NCBI GenBank assembly: GCA_032718475.1 | Contig: JAUCBJ010004792.1 | Span: 1 to 63,167 of the forward strand | Reading direction: 5' to 3' | Length of the DNA: 63,167 nucleotides | Source of the DNA: Nemertoderma westbladi | Taxonomy: Eukaryota; Animalia; Xenacoelomorpha | In this document: positions 27,601-37,396 of the stretch, piece by piece | How the letters are laid out: every line of letters starts with the position of its first letter | Numbering within the stretch: position 1 is the stretch's first letter | Notes under the pieces: model-generated | Told to the model about the DNA's origin: nothing | The model's database searches: none | The model's input: only the letters and a program-made list of their open reading frames with translations | Program-made: the position numbers and the translations under genes

Positions 27601-30600
27601 TCGGTATTGATCTACTCTACAATGTCTATGGCCTTATATGTAGCTTCAAAATAAACACCTTAATGGATGTTTAAGAACATTGGCTGGATGGCTTCTGCAA
27701 GCAAATTAAATAATTCCTAGAAATCAACAAGGAGTCTCTGAAATTCGTTACATAAATCACATTTTCGACTAAACTTCACACCTAAAGACTAAATATACTA
27801 AATTCCTAAATACTATAACTATTTACATCATTGTGTGCAAAGTGGCACTTTGCAGCGTTATGACCCGAGTTTATTTATGTACCGAGCGAGCGCAGCGAGG
27901 GATGTTTACATAATGTATGATGTAATGATGTAATGAAGCAATCATGTAGGTAATTTTGTTACATTATGTCAACTTATCAGCGTTCGGTATGTGAAGAAAG
28001 GATTTTATGGATGCTCATTTAAACATTTTAATCATGTACTATATCGAATATAAGTGAAATTTATTAACAGGTACACTGGCACACAGTATTAATTATACAT
28101 TTAAATCTAATTAAAGTTTATTGGAAGTTATCTCTTGCATGGATGTGATAAATCATTAATCCATCTTGACTATTATAGTCGACTGACGCAAACTTAGTCA
28201 CCGTCTGTGTCCGTTCAGTTTTACTGAACACTGTCGCCATTTTCTTTGCTCATTTTAGTGTATTCTATTGGACGTTTCGCCATAATGGATTAAAGTACAC
28301 GTTAAACAATTATTTACATACAGTAGCTAGTCCCGTCACTGCAAACTGGACAATAAAGCAGCAATCATTAACATAAATGAAAATAATACATTCTGGAATA
28401 CGGTAATTGAAGTTGTTTCCATATCATTGATTACTTTGCAGCGTTACGAGTAATTCACCAGTACGCTGTTAAGTTCACATAAGGTAACAATAACTATTTA
28501 ACTTTAATGCAATGTATGTTTTATTTATTATTATTAAATATATAGCTTGCGAAGAACGTCCAGATCTGGATCCAAACTGTGATAAATGGGCCACAGATGG
28601 TGAATGCGTTACAAATGAAGTCTACATGTACAACTACTGTCAGACAGCCTGCGACAAGTGTAACGATGGTACTCCAACGTCTGGATGTATCCCTGGTGTC
28701 TGTTATGAAGAACCAGATAAGAACTTCCACTGTCCAGGATGGGCTGCTACTGGCGAATGTTTGGACAATCCGGCCTACATGTACAATGCCTGCCAAACCG
28801 CCTGCAACATGTGTAATGATGGCACAAGTAAGTGCTACCTCCAATTATTTGTTACGGGAAATTTGGAGACAAGGGGGGGGGGGGGGGGGGGGGGGGGGAA
28901 CTGGATGCAAATCCCATCTTGTCGAATTAATATCCCGCCTCAATGTTAAATTCTCAATTTAGGGAAAGGAGCAGGTGGTTACATTGGCTATTTTTTTACT
29001 TTTCAGTTTGTGAGGAGCGACCGGATATGAAGAGCGAATGTCCAGGTTGGGCTGCTGCTGGTGAATGTACAAACAACCCATCTTATATGTACAATTACTG
29101 TCAGAAGAGTTGTAACTTCTGCAACACAAATCCACGTAAGTAATTTAAGGATTTATTTCAAGAACAAATAATGACCTTTACCATTCATCCTCTATTCAGA
29201 ATAATTATAGCTAAATCTATATACATATTTAGGTTCATCATACACTATAATTACGTCGTTACTCTATTAATAACAAGTTTAGCACTTTATGATATGCAAG
29301 GAGATGAGAAGAAGCGCATCTCGGATGTTCTCTTTCAAGGACGCACTGTTTTCCAGTAGTAACCCCAAGGTAGCTTACAATGTAAATATGCAGGAGCCTC
29401 CATAATGCCTCTCATAATGATATAAACTACTCAAATCAAATCATTCAACTCACTCAAATTACTTGCAAACCTTTTATACGTCGATGCTCTTTCAATATAT
29501 GTAATTTTAAAAATTTAAATAATAAATAAATTTTGTAAAATAAAATTTAAGAAATTCCACCAAAAATATTTTACTTTACTTTTTTCGCCGGGAAAAAAAG
29601 TTAAATCAATGCAATCCTATGGGTTACTTTTTTTCCTAGGGAAATAAACTGAAAATTTTTCTCCCGATTTTGGGGTATATTCGAGCGAAAAAGTAACAAT
29701 TTAAGAATAAACACAATTTAGCTATATAATTATTTCATTTTTTAGATTCAACTAATAAATATTTAATGAAATTAGAACTTTCCAAAACACATCTCTACCC
29801 TGCAGTCCTTTGAAATGAAATTTAAATGCAATTTGTTAATGACCTTGTCCAACAAACTGCTTAGTTAGTTTTAGCAAGCCAGCCAGTGACATTTATTTCC
29901 GAACTTGAAATGTGAGGCTTTGTTAAGATTTTGCTGTCATTGTATCATATAGTGCATTATTTACAGACTCATTCCATATCCCCATTTGTTCCTTAGCTTG
30001 TGTTGAACAACCAGACTTTGATGCTTACCAATGCGCTGGATGGGCGACTATGGGAGAGTGCTCTGCTAATGCAAGTTGGATGTACACCCACTGTCAGACG
30101 TCATGTAACAAGTGTAATGATGGGGGTAGGTTACACCTACTATTATACATTAACATCATGTAATAGCGTAATGATGGGGGTAGGTTATAGTAAATTGAAT
30201 GAGGTAGTTAGTTTGCATCTTCAAGATATGCTTTATTTCAATTTTCAATTTCAATTAAATTATACCCTTTAATTTAAATTTAAATTGCAAAAATTAATAA
30301 CACACAAGTATTCAATTGAAATGTTATAGTTGTATTATTGTTTTAATTTTGTTACATATATGTATCCTGCGACAGGCAGATGTTAGAAAGGGAGTGTGCG
30401 GGGGGGGGGGTCGTTTTATAAATTTAAGAAATTATTTATCTAATGCTATAAAATACTAATAATATACTGTGACAAATAATAGCTCAGGGATCTGTCTGGG
30501 TGGCGATATAGTCAATAATCGGTTTGTGATGGTATTTTAGTTTACAGTGAGTCTAACCAGTCTATAAGATTTAGTAGAGGTTTTGCTTCGGGGAAAAAAA

Positions 30601-31341
30601 TTTCACTTAAATGAAAAATGAAAACTTAAACTATTATGTAAGCGAATCTAAAAGAATAGTTTGATGCTGCTATGCTACGGAATTTTTTTATTTTACATTT
30701 TTCATTCTGAGAGGCAAGTTGTTCCATAAATTCGGACCTGTGAATTTGAACGATTGATGTGAAAGTAGTGTCTAACTCGCAGTATGAAAAAAAAATTTGA
30801 CATAGCTTCCCTTAAACTAAGAAAAGACATCCAAAAATGATAAAAAATATAGGACGTTAAGGAACATTAAGTCTCAGCTTATGTATTGAATAATGAGCAG
30901 AGTGTGTTTTGAAGTGAAAGACATTATCAAAACGTCTCAATTAATGGCTTAATGCCTGGTTGATATGAAGATGCAAATGAACAAAGAGAAAATTGTGTAT
31001 TTTGGTTTGTAATTTGGCAACATGTTTTGCAGCTCCCAATAGTTGTAAAATCATTACAAACACAACGGCAACAGTAGCATCAAGACAATAAATAATATTA
31101 TTTTTAATTTGAAGTATCATAATCTATCAGAGTGTTGAAAAGATTCTGCCATAACTATTAATTTTGTAGGTTAAATTATTATTGTTGATGCACTATATTA
31201 TCATATTTTGTTCAAAAAGGTTGTGTCGAATACCCAGATCTTGAAACAAAGTGTCCAACTTGGGCTGCCAGTGGTGAGTGCGATAACAACCCTGGCTACA
31301 TGTATACATGGTGCCAGACCAGTTGCAACAGATGTCCATGA
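6581..31341 (+). CDS. Spliced gene (10 exons, 495 aa): secreted protein with signal peptide + CUB + 8 ShKT domains
   Basis: Exons 6581-6662, 16047-16219, 20907-21084, 24886-25017, 26022-26150, 27210-27341, 28546-28827, 29007-29135, 29997-30125, 31220-31341. All introns are GT-AG with compatible phases (1,0,1,1,1,1,1,1,1). The exons sum to 1488 nt (495 codons + TGA) with no internal stop. Confidence 0.88.
6730..14752. repeat. 41/42-bp tandem satellite (~8 kb, roughly 190-195 units) in intron 1
   Basis: Consensus GTGGTGCTTATATGGTGGTGTTGATCTGTGTTTGTCAATGC, with recurring variants (GCGAATGCTGAT, TTTATCAACAC, GTGTGTGC, GTGATTATGTTGTGGTATTGATCAG). No unique spacers. Confidence 0.97.
15601..15669. 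repeat. 11-bp tandem repeat (AGCCATTAGTG) x ~6
   Basis: Directly visible. Confidence 0.9.
16047..16219 (+). CDS. Exon 2: CUB domain, N-terminal half
   Basis: TTTCAG acceptor; CPSNYYDAVTGTLLSPNYPNFYSGYLPCGYHIHGPPGSDIVLTWNVLDVESSFDYIY; GTAAGT donor. Confidence 0.92.
18064..20811 (-). mobile_element. hAT-superfamily (hATm-like) DNA transposon in intron 2; transposase 20354-18283 with one frameshift near 19680
   Basis: ORFs 20354-19668 and 19683-18283 overlap at a frameshift. Motifs: IGCDGTAVNTG (catalytic D), CMLH (CxxH), HSRWLT and TQAVER (catalytic E). The right end reads TAGGGGTGGTT on the minus strand. The left end is degenerate and no TSD was found, so the boundaries and subgroup are tentative. 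Confidence 0.7.
20907..21084 (+). CDS. Exon 3: CUB domain, C-terminal half
   Basis: TACTAG acceptor; VYDGADNTAPLIWSITGSSIPSPMTSSSNDFYLYFDPTVVDNAVVLNGFDISYEIQNIP; GTACGT donor. Absent from the ORF track. Confidence 0.9.
21465..22780 (-). mobile_element. Decayed RTE-like non-LTR retrotransposon RT fragment
   Basis: Fragments LRAYGIP, AGVLQGDTLAPLLFVIVLDY, GLHINATKTEFM, DFQYLGSWI and RIDGCYT, with many frameshifts. Confidence 0.85.
22955..24256 (+). mobile_element. Decayed 5'-truncated RTE-like non-LTR retrotransposon (second family) with TAG-repeat tail
   Basis: LYNRILLNRIR..QNGFRKGR, KAFDSV, DLDFADDL, FCYLGS, LDGTFTRMLR and RLRFAGHCFR. Its 3' end is shared with 37397-37543. Confidence 0.85.
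24886..25017 (+). CDS. Exon 4: ShKT domain 1
   Basis: CVENPDASAYCPGWAAIGECANNPGFMQVECEFSCDKC; TTACAG and GTAAGT sites; 132 nt, phase 1-1. Confidence 0.92.
25237..25615. mobile_element. Possible non-autonomous Helentron/DINE-like interspersed repeat
   Basis: ACCAAGTTTC motif, GAC/CAGAC microsatellite at 25527-25558 and terminal GCTCACTTCGTGGCTCGCC. Overall resemblance only. Confidence 0.3.
26022..26150 (+). CDS. Exon 5: ShKT domain 2
   Basis: CVENADAYAACSGWEADGECTANAGWMYVHCQSSCNKC; 129 nt, phase 1-1. Confidence 0.92.
26250..27040 (+). mobile_element. Older, heavily decayed copy of the RTE-like family at 22955-24256
   Basis: Shared DNA blocks include AGAATTCTATTAAATCGC, ACAACATTTGTGTCT, GTCCTTAGA, GATGGTATGCTT, GGTCCGATTATTTAGAG and GCTGGGCTCTAACTGC. 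Confidence 0.75.
27210..27341 (+). CDS. Exon 6: ShKT domain 3
   Basis: CIEFPDDNFHCPGWARVGECTVNPSYMYTHCQTSCNKC; 132 nt, phase 1-1. Confidence 0.92.
28546..28827 (+). CDS. Exon 7: ShKT domains 4 and 5
   Basis: CEERPDLDPNCDKWATDGECVTNEVYMYNYCQTACDKC, then linker NDGTPTSGCIPGV, then CYEEPDKNFHCPGWAATGECLDNPAYMYNACQTACNMC; 282 nt. Confidence 0.93.
29007..29135 (+). CDS. Exon 8: ShKT domain 6
   Basis: CEERPDMKSECPGWAAAGECTNNPSYMYNYCQKSCNFC; 129 nt, phase 1-1. Confidence 0.93.
29997..30125 (+). CDS. Exon 9: ShKT domain 7
   Basis: CVEQPDFDAYQCAGWATMGECSANASWMYTHCQTSCNKC; CCTTAG and GTAGGT sites; 129 nt. Confidence 0.9.
31220..31341 (+). CDS. Exon 10: ShKT domain 8 and stop codon
   Basis: CVEYPDLETKCPTWAASGECDNNPGYMYTWCQTSCNRCP*. 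The acceptor is AAG (weaker). A candidate polyA signal ATTAAA lies at 31373-31378. Confidence 0.88.
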
Positions 31342-32467
31342 TGAAGTCCATGGTGTCAAAGGAAATATATGTATTAAAACATACAAACATAATGGTGATT
31401 GTGGTATATCTTAAAGCATTTTAAACTATATTATGTATCTATGAAGGTACAAAAAGCAATATTGGTAAAGGGAATTTCAAACTAGATGTGACAAAATATT
31501 ATACTTAGTTACTGCGATAAAATTATCATAATTATTAACATTATCTTAGTTTGCCTTCTTACAATGGTAACTACTATATCTGTGACTCTTATCAGAGCAA
31601 TATAGTTGTTCAACAATTTCTTCAGTGATATTACAACCGCAATTTGATAAATCAACCCGCTTTTTTTTAAACCAGACCAACTCTCCGTTTGGTCTCCATC
31701 TTGAACGAAGGAATGACAGACCCAATGGCTGGGCAGCTCTCATCAACTCGCTGAATATTCAACTATATCTTAGTGGGATAGCAATGGTACATCAGTAGTA
31801 GGGTCTAGGGCGGCTTTGTGACAGTTAAACCACACTGACTGGCGCCAGACTGTCTGGGTGACACCCAATGTTACCCTATGGGTGTCATTGGCGCCAGACT
31901 GTCTGGGTGACACCTCCTAATTAGGCTAATTAGACCCTAATTGACAGGTGTCATCAATTAATTAGTACAATTAAACTCTAATAGGTGTCTTACGACTCCT
32001 AATTAGGGTTTAATTTATTATCCTAATTAATCAATCCGATACGCAATGGTGTCAGTGATGTCTAACTGTCACAAAGCCGGCGCAAGAGGGTGTCATAAGT
32101 AACACCGCAGCTCTTTTATTTATTAATACCTATTTATTTGTAATTAATTGTAATTAATTATTTGTATTTAATTTTAATTTATTTATTTGAATTTAATTTT
32201 AAATTATTTAATTGTATTACTTTTACTTTATATATTGATTTCTATTTTTTACTGTTTTATATTGTTGTTAATTGCTGTTTATATTAATGGATGTTATATT
32301 CGGAGAATACTGATAAATAATCGTAAACCCCTCAACTTTCTTAATTACTGAGGTAAGCAGAAGGGTGTACCACTAGCAATTGCGACTCAATTTATAGTGG
32401 TTTTTGTGTGAAATAAATGTTATTTCATAATCCCTACATATGTCATTTGCAATCCTCTTTATGGTCA

Positions 32468-32885
32468 AAATCAGTGACAGTCGGCAAATCAGTGTGCATT
32501 AGTGTGAATTGGTGTGAAGTCGTGTGAAGGTTAATAAAGCATTCCCAAAGAATGCGCTATTTGCGATACCTTATAGCCTCAAAGTTGTGATTAGTATAAG
32601 TCATAACTCTGTTTGATACTTAAAGCGTCACGTCCCAAAGGAACTGTTAATATTTCCCCGAAAGTAAATATAGTTGTCAGAGATTATATAGTAGCGATCA
32701 ATCGAATAATACAAAGTAGCCTACTGCAATAACTTTCTCTAGAACCGAATCCAGTCTCCCACACCGTGGGTCATACGCCGTGCATAGACTGGTTTCAACT
32801 GATGTCAATTGACAAGGGCAATAATCGATTTAAGGAGACACTTAAATTAGCAGGTTAAACTGTTAAAGGTCTAAAAGCGCGAACA
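32468..32885 (+). repeat. Dispersed ~420-bp repeat, copy 1 (copy 2 at 47723-48168)
   Basis: Shared blocks AAAGAATGCGC, TAAGTCATAACTCTGTTT, AAAGGAACTGTTAATATT, TGTCAGAGATTATATA and AAAGCGCGAACA. Confidence 0.8.
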
Positions 32886-33016
32886 TTCCCCCAGTCTGCC
32901 GCTAGAGGGCGAAATGTCTCAAAGTGAAAACCATATAGAAACCATGAATTGGTTACTAGGCAATTATACTGCATTGTGCAAAGTTAGGCCTATTGCTGAC
33001 CGAACGAAAACTGCCC

Positions 33017-33089
33017 TGGTTCATGCGGGGATCGAACCCATGACATATGGGAGATGTGAATTCAACGCAACCACTACACCAAGTGGAAC
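33017..33089 (-). ncRNA. tRNA-like (pseudo-tRNA / Pol III) unit in the left foldback arm
   Basis: Reverse complement of the unit at 34005-34077. Confidence 0.5.
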
Positions 33090-33148
33090 AGTAACCTTCG
33101 AATTTGTTCGTTGACATTCGAATTTGTAAGACTCTCATTTAAGACCTG

Positions 33149-33945
33149 ACACAGACTATGCCTCACTGAGGCACAGACTATGCCTCACTGAGGCACTGAG
33201 GCACAGACTATGCCTCACTGAGGCACAGACTATGCCTCACTGAGGCACAGACTATGCCTCACTGAGGCACAGACTATGCCTCACTGAGGCACAGACTATG
33301 CCTCACTGAGGCACAGACTATGCCTCACTGAGGCACAGACTATGCCTCACTGAGGCACAGACTATGCCTCACTGAGGCACTGAGGCACAGACTATGCCTC
33401 ACTGAGGCACTGAGGCACAGACTATGCCTCACTGAGGCACTAGACTATGCCTCACTGAGGCACTGAGGCACAGACTATGCCTCACTGAGGCACAGACTAT
33501 GCCTCACTGAGGCACTGAGGCACAGACTATGCCTCACTGAGGCCTCAGACTATGCCTCACTGAGGCACTGAGGCGCAGACTATGCCTCACTGGGCATAGA
33601 CTATGCCTCACTGAGGCACTGAGGTCACTAGACTATGCCTCACTGACGGCACAGACTATGCCTCACTGAGGCACAGACTATGCCTCACTGAGGCACAGAC
33701 TATGCCTCACTGAGGCACAGACTATGCCTCACTGAGGTATAGACTATGCCTCACTGAGGCACAGACTATGCCTCACTGAGGCTATCAGACTATGCCTCAC
33801 TGAGGCACTGAGGCACAGACTATGCCTCACTGAGGCACAGACTATGCCTCACTGAGGCACTGAGGCATAGACTATGCCTCAGTGCCTCAGTGTTTCAGTG
33901 AGGCATAGTCTGTGCATCAGTGCCTCAGTGAGGCATAGTCTGTGT
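33149..33945. repeat. 22-bp minisatellite with 30-bp variants; orientation flips near 33880
   Basis: Unit CACAGACTATGCCTCACTGAGG, with an optional extra CACTGAGG. It contains the palindrome TGCCTCA-C-TGAGGCA. Confidence 0.95.
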
Positions 33946-34004
33946 CAGGTCTTAAATGAGAGTCTTACAAATTCGAATGTCAACGAACAAATTCGAAGGT
34001 TACT

Positions 34005-34077
34005 GTTCCACTTGGTGTAGTGGTTGCGTTGAATTCACATCTCCCATATTTCATGGGTTCGATCCCCGCATGAACCA
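34005..34077 (+). ncRNA. tRNA-like (pseudo-tRNA / Pol III) unit in the right foldback arm
   Basis: 73 nt, GTTCCAC..GAACCA, with A box TGGTGTAGTGG and B box GGTTCGATCCC, followed by TTTT at 34084-34087. The anticodon arm does not fold canonically. Confidence 0.5.
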
Positions 34078-34346
34078 GGGCAGTTTTCGTTCGGTCAGCA
34101 ATAGGCCTAACTTTGCACAATGCAGTATTATTGCCTAGTAACCAATTCATGGTTACTATATGGTTTTCACTTTGAGACATTTCGCCATCTAGCGGCAGTC
34201 TTGGGGAACTTCAGAGTACACTGTGACTCTGCAAAAGATATAGCCCATATTGTAATAGATACCGACTGGGGGTCAAAATTAAGTAATAATATATCTAAAT
34301 AAGTCTCAAACATCTTGTCTCATGGCTCGCCCCTTAGAACTCTTAA

Positions 34347-35772
34347 CCCTATTACCACTGGGGTGTTTTGACCATTAGCACCACTGGGGGGGGGGGGGGG
34401 GGGGGCGATTCGGCCCACCCACTATATTTTTGTAGTCGTCCAATGAAATCCTACAAAATTTGGGCTGTTGGTGAAACAACTATAGATGAACACTACCAAA
34501 CCTTAAAAAGTTAAAATTTCATAAGCAGGGACTCATAATTTTGATGAAAAATAAAAGTAGTCCCAGGACAAAATTACAAAATTTTTCGTTTTCTAAAAAC
34601 TAATAGTGTGGCAGTGTTGGCTAGATTTAGTAGGTTTTTCAAGACGCTGAATCGAATGTGATTATATTCCACTTCCAAAAATTGAAGTGGATGCTATTTT
34701 TCGTGCACCTAAGAAGTGGGCGTGGCACTTCAAATTTTGAAAAATTAGATATTCAGAAAATGCCCCTAATTTTTTTATTTCAACGCATCTTTATGGGTTT
34801 TCTGGGCCGCTGAATCGATTGAAAGTAATATAGAAGCCTGAAGACTGAGTGGTTCGCCATTTTTGGTGCACCAAAATTAGGGCGTGGCACTTCAAATTTT
34901 GAAAAATACGAGATTCGGAAAATAAACCAAAATTGAAATTTTAACGAATTTATATAGGTTTTCCAGACCGCTGAATCGATTGAAAGTAATATAGAAGCCT
35001 GAAGACTTAGAAGTTAGCCATTTTTTGAAATCAAAACTTTAGTGTTTTTTCCGAATAAAGTAATTTTGAAAATTTGAAGTGCCACGCCCTAATTTTGGTG
35101 CACCGAAAATTACGTACACAAAGGATTTGAGGCTTCTATATTACTTTCAATCGATTCAGCGCTCCAGAAAACCTATAAAATTAATTTGAAATCAAAACTT
35201 TAGTGAATTTTCCGAATCTCGTATTTTTCAAAATTTGAAGTGCCACGCCCTAATTTTGGTGCACCAAAAATGGCGAACCACTAAGTCTTCAGGCTTCTAT
35301 ACTACTTTCAATCGATTCAGCGCTCCAGAAAACCAATAAAAATGCTTCGAAATCAGAACTTTAGTAAATTTTCCGAATAAAGTAATTTTGAAATTTTAAA
35401 GTGCCACGCCCTAAATTTGGTGCTCCAAAAATGACGTACCACTACACTTACATACTTGTATAGAGCATTAGAGTGATCCAAACCAATAAAAATAAATAAA
35501 AATAGCCCAAACATAAATAATTACTAAATCACGAATGACTTTGTAAAATTCGAAAATTTCAAAAAATTTGGTGCTGGAGACCAAATTTTGAGGTGGCACC
35601 CACATCGAAAAGTAGAAATCCAATTGCAACGGCGTTTTTTGCAAAAGATGCGGCATTAAATTTGGCTAATTCTCACAAAAAATTGGGCCGGTACGTAATG
35701 TGGTTGCATAGTTACAGCAACTAAAAACTAGGAAGGGGCCGATTCGCCCCCCCCCCCCCAGTGGTAATAGGG
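34347..35772. mobile_element. piggyBac-like non-autonomous element (MITE) with TTAA TSD and internal inverted ~120-bp subrepeats
   Basis: TTAA|CCCTATTACCACTGGGG ... CCCCAGTGGTAATAGGG|TTAA. Internal GCTGAATCGA..GGGCGTGGCACTTCAAATTTTG units run forward on the left and reverse-complemented on the right. Confidence 0.85.
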
Positions 35773-37396
35773 TTAAGCAATATGGCTTCATAGTTTTTAA
35801 GGAAAACTGGTAAAGGAGATTTGTTAATTACGCATACCTCGCAGTCTTAAGTAATTAATTATAGAGTAGGTTAGATCGTTTTTAGAATAGGACCATTGGA
35901 AACGGCGCCCTCATCGATAACCTCTGTACAAAGAAAATTAATACAGATTAACCGGATATAGCTTGTTATTATAAAACATAAATTATAATACAGTAGAACA
36001 ATTAGGGTTGTAAATAAAAACAAATTAAATTGAAGATAAACTGTAAATATAAACTTATGTATTAATTAAAAGAGGGCCCTATTTAATTATTCAGTATACT
36101 GAAAATAATTCACCGTACTACTGGACTACTCGTGACTTGACAGGCGTTAAGGTGAGTCATAGATGGGGGCCGCTCGGGTATATATAGGCTTAGGGGTATA
36201 AGAGCAGGTTGCAATTGAATGGTTTCAAATCTAAAAACTAATTATTGGTAATTCAAAAATAGAAATCAATATATAAAGTAAAAGTAATACAATTAAATAA
36301 TTTAAAATTAAATACAAATAAATAAATTAAAATTAAATACAAATAATTAATTAAAATTAAGTACAAATAAATAAGTATTAATAAATAAAAGAGCTGCGGT
36401 GTCACTTATGACACCCTCTCGCGCCGGCTTTGTGACAGTTAGACATCACTGACACCATTGCGTATCGGATTGGTTAATTAGGATAATCAATTAAACCCTA
36501 ATTAGGAGTCGTAAGACACCTATTAGGGTTTAATTGTACTAATTAATTGATGACACCTGTCAATTAGGGTCTAATTAGCCTAATTAGGAGGTGTCACCCA
36601 GACAGTCTGGCGTCAATGACACCCAATGATACCCATAGGGTAACATTGGGTGTCACCCTGACAGTCTGGCGCCAATCAGTGTGGTCTAACTGTCACAAAG
36701 CCGCCCAAGAACCTACCCTATTACAGTACATCCTAGTCGTCGATATCGGTTTTCATTTAACTCACCTACAAATTAAACTAAAATACTAAACACTTCAGGA
36801 AAATAAACTTTTTACTCTAAAACTTTAACTCGGATAATACAAAACATGGAAGAATCCTAAAAATCCAATATAGTAAAATCTGTAAGAGTATAAGACCGAA
36901 GCCCGCTAATTTAGTAAAATAGTGACGAATTCCCTTTCCTAACCACTTCAATGTCAGTCTGATATGTCTACAGGGCATTCCACTAAAAGAATTATATATG
37001 AAATCTTGTGGGGCGAGACACGAATGGCGAGCCATCAGCGAACTGATATAATTATACTATGGCCGTTTTTCAAAAGTCTGCGTGTGTGTGTGTGTCGGAA
37101 GCCATAAATGTCGGAAGCCATAATCGAAGTTAATATATTCAGCTAAATTGTATGGTTGAGTCATTTTGAACGGTCTCTCCATGGAAATTAATTATTTAGC
37201 ACCATATACGATTAAAGTTATTTTGCACATAAATTAGATATCTGGAATCCATGTACCCCATTCCATTATAGTTTTTTATTATTTCAAGTGATTTGCGTTA
37301 ATAAATGTATTTTTCATTGATTTAAACATAATTAACATTGTAAATTCATACCCTGATTCCATTCTCCCCCATAGAGCCTAAGGCATGGGAAGCTGG

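Larger units (their letters stand above)
32886..34208. mobile_element. Foldback element: ~290-bp near-identical inverted arms around a 22-bp minisatellite
   Basis: Mirror ORFs 32914-33114(+) and 34180-33980(-) are nearly identical. The core is (CACAGACTATGCCTCACTGAGG)n at ~33149-33945. Confidence 0.9.
31801..36713. mobile_element. Large element bounded by ~450-bp inverted repeats (31801-32249 and 36255-36713), TA on both flanks
   Basis: GGGTCTAGGGCGGCTTTGTGACAGTT at the left end and AACTGTCACAAAGCCGCCCAAGAACC at the right. The arms match through the AT-rich block. No coding capacity seen. Confidence 0.8.

Noticed and set aside
28873-28898. Poly-Gly extension of the ShKT ORF, and G-runs (also 34386-34405, 57568-57592)
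   Set aside because: This run lies after the GTAAGT donor at 28828, so it is intronic. Homopolymer lengths are unreliable.
34005-34077. Functional tRNA gene
   Set aside because: The D and anticodon arms do not form a canonical cloverleaf, so it is kept only as tRNA-like.
32914-34180. Duplicated 60-66 aa ORF pairs
   Set aside because: Mirror images produced by the inverted arms, with no protein features.
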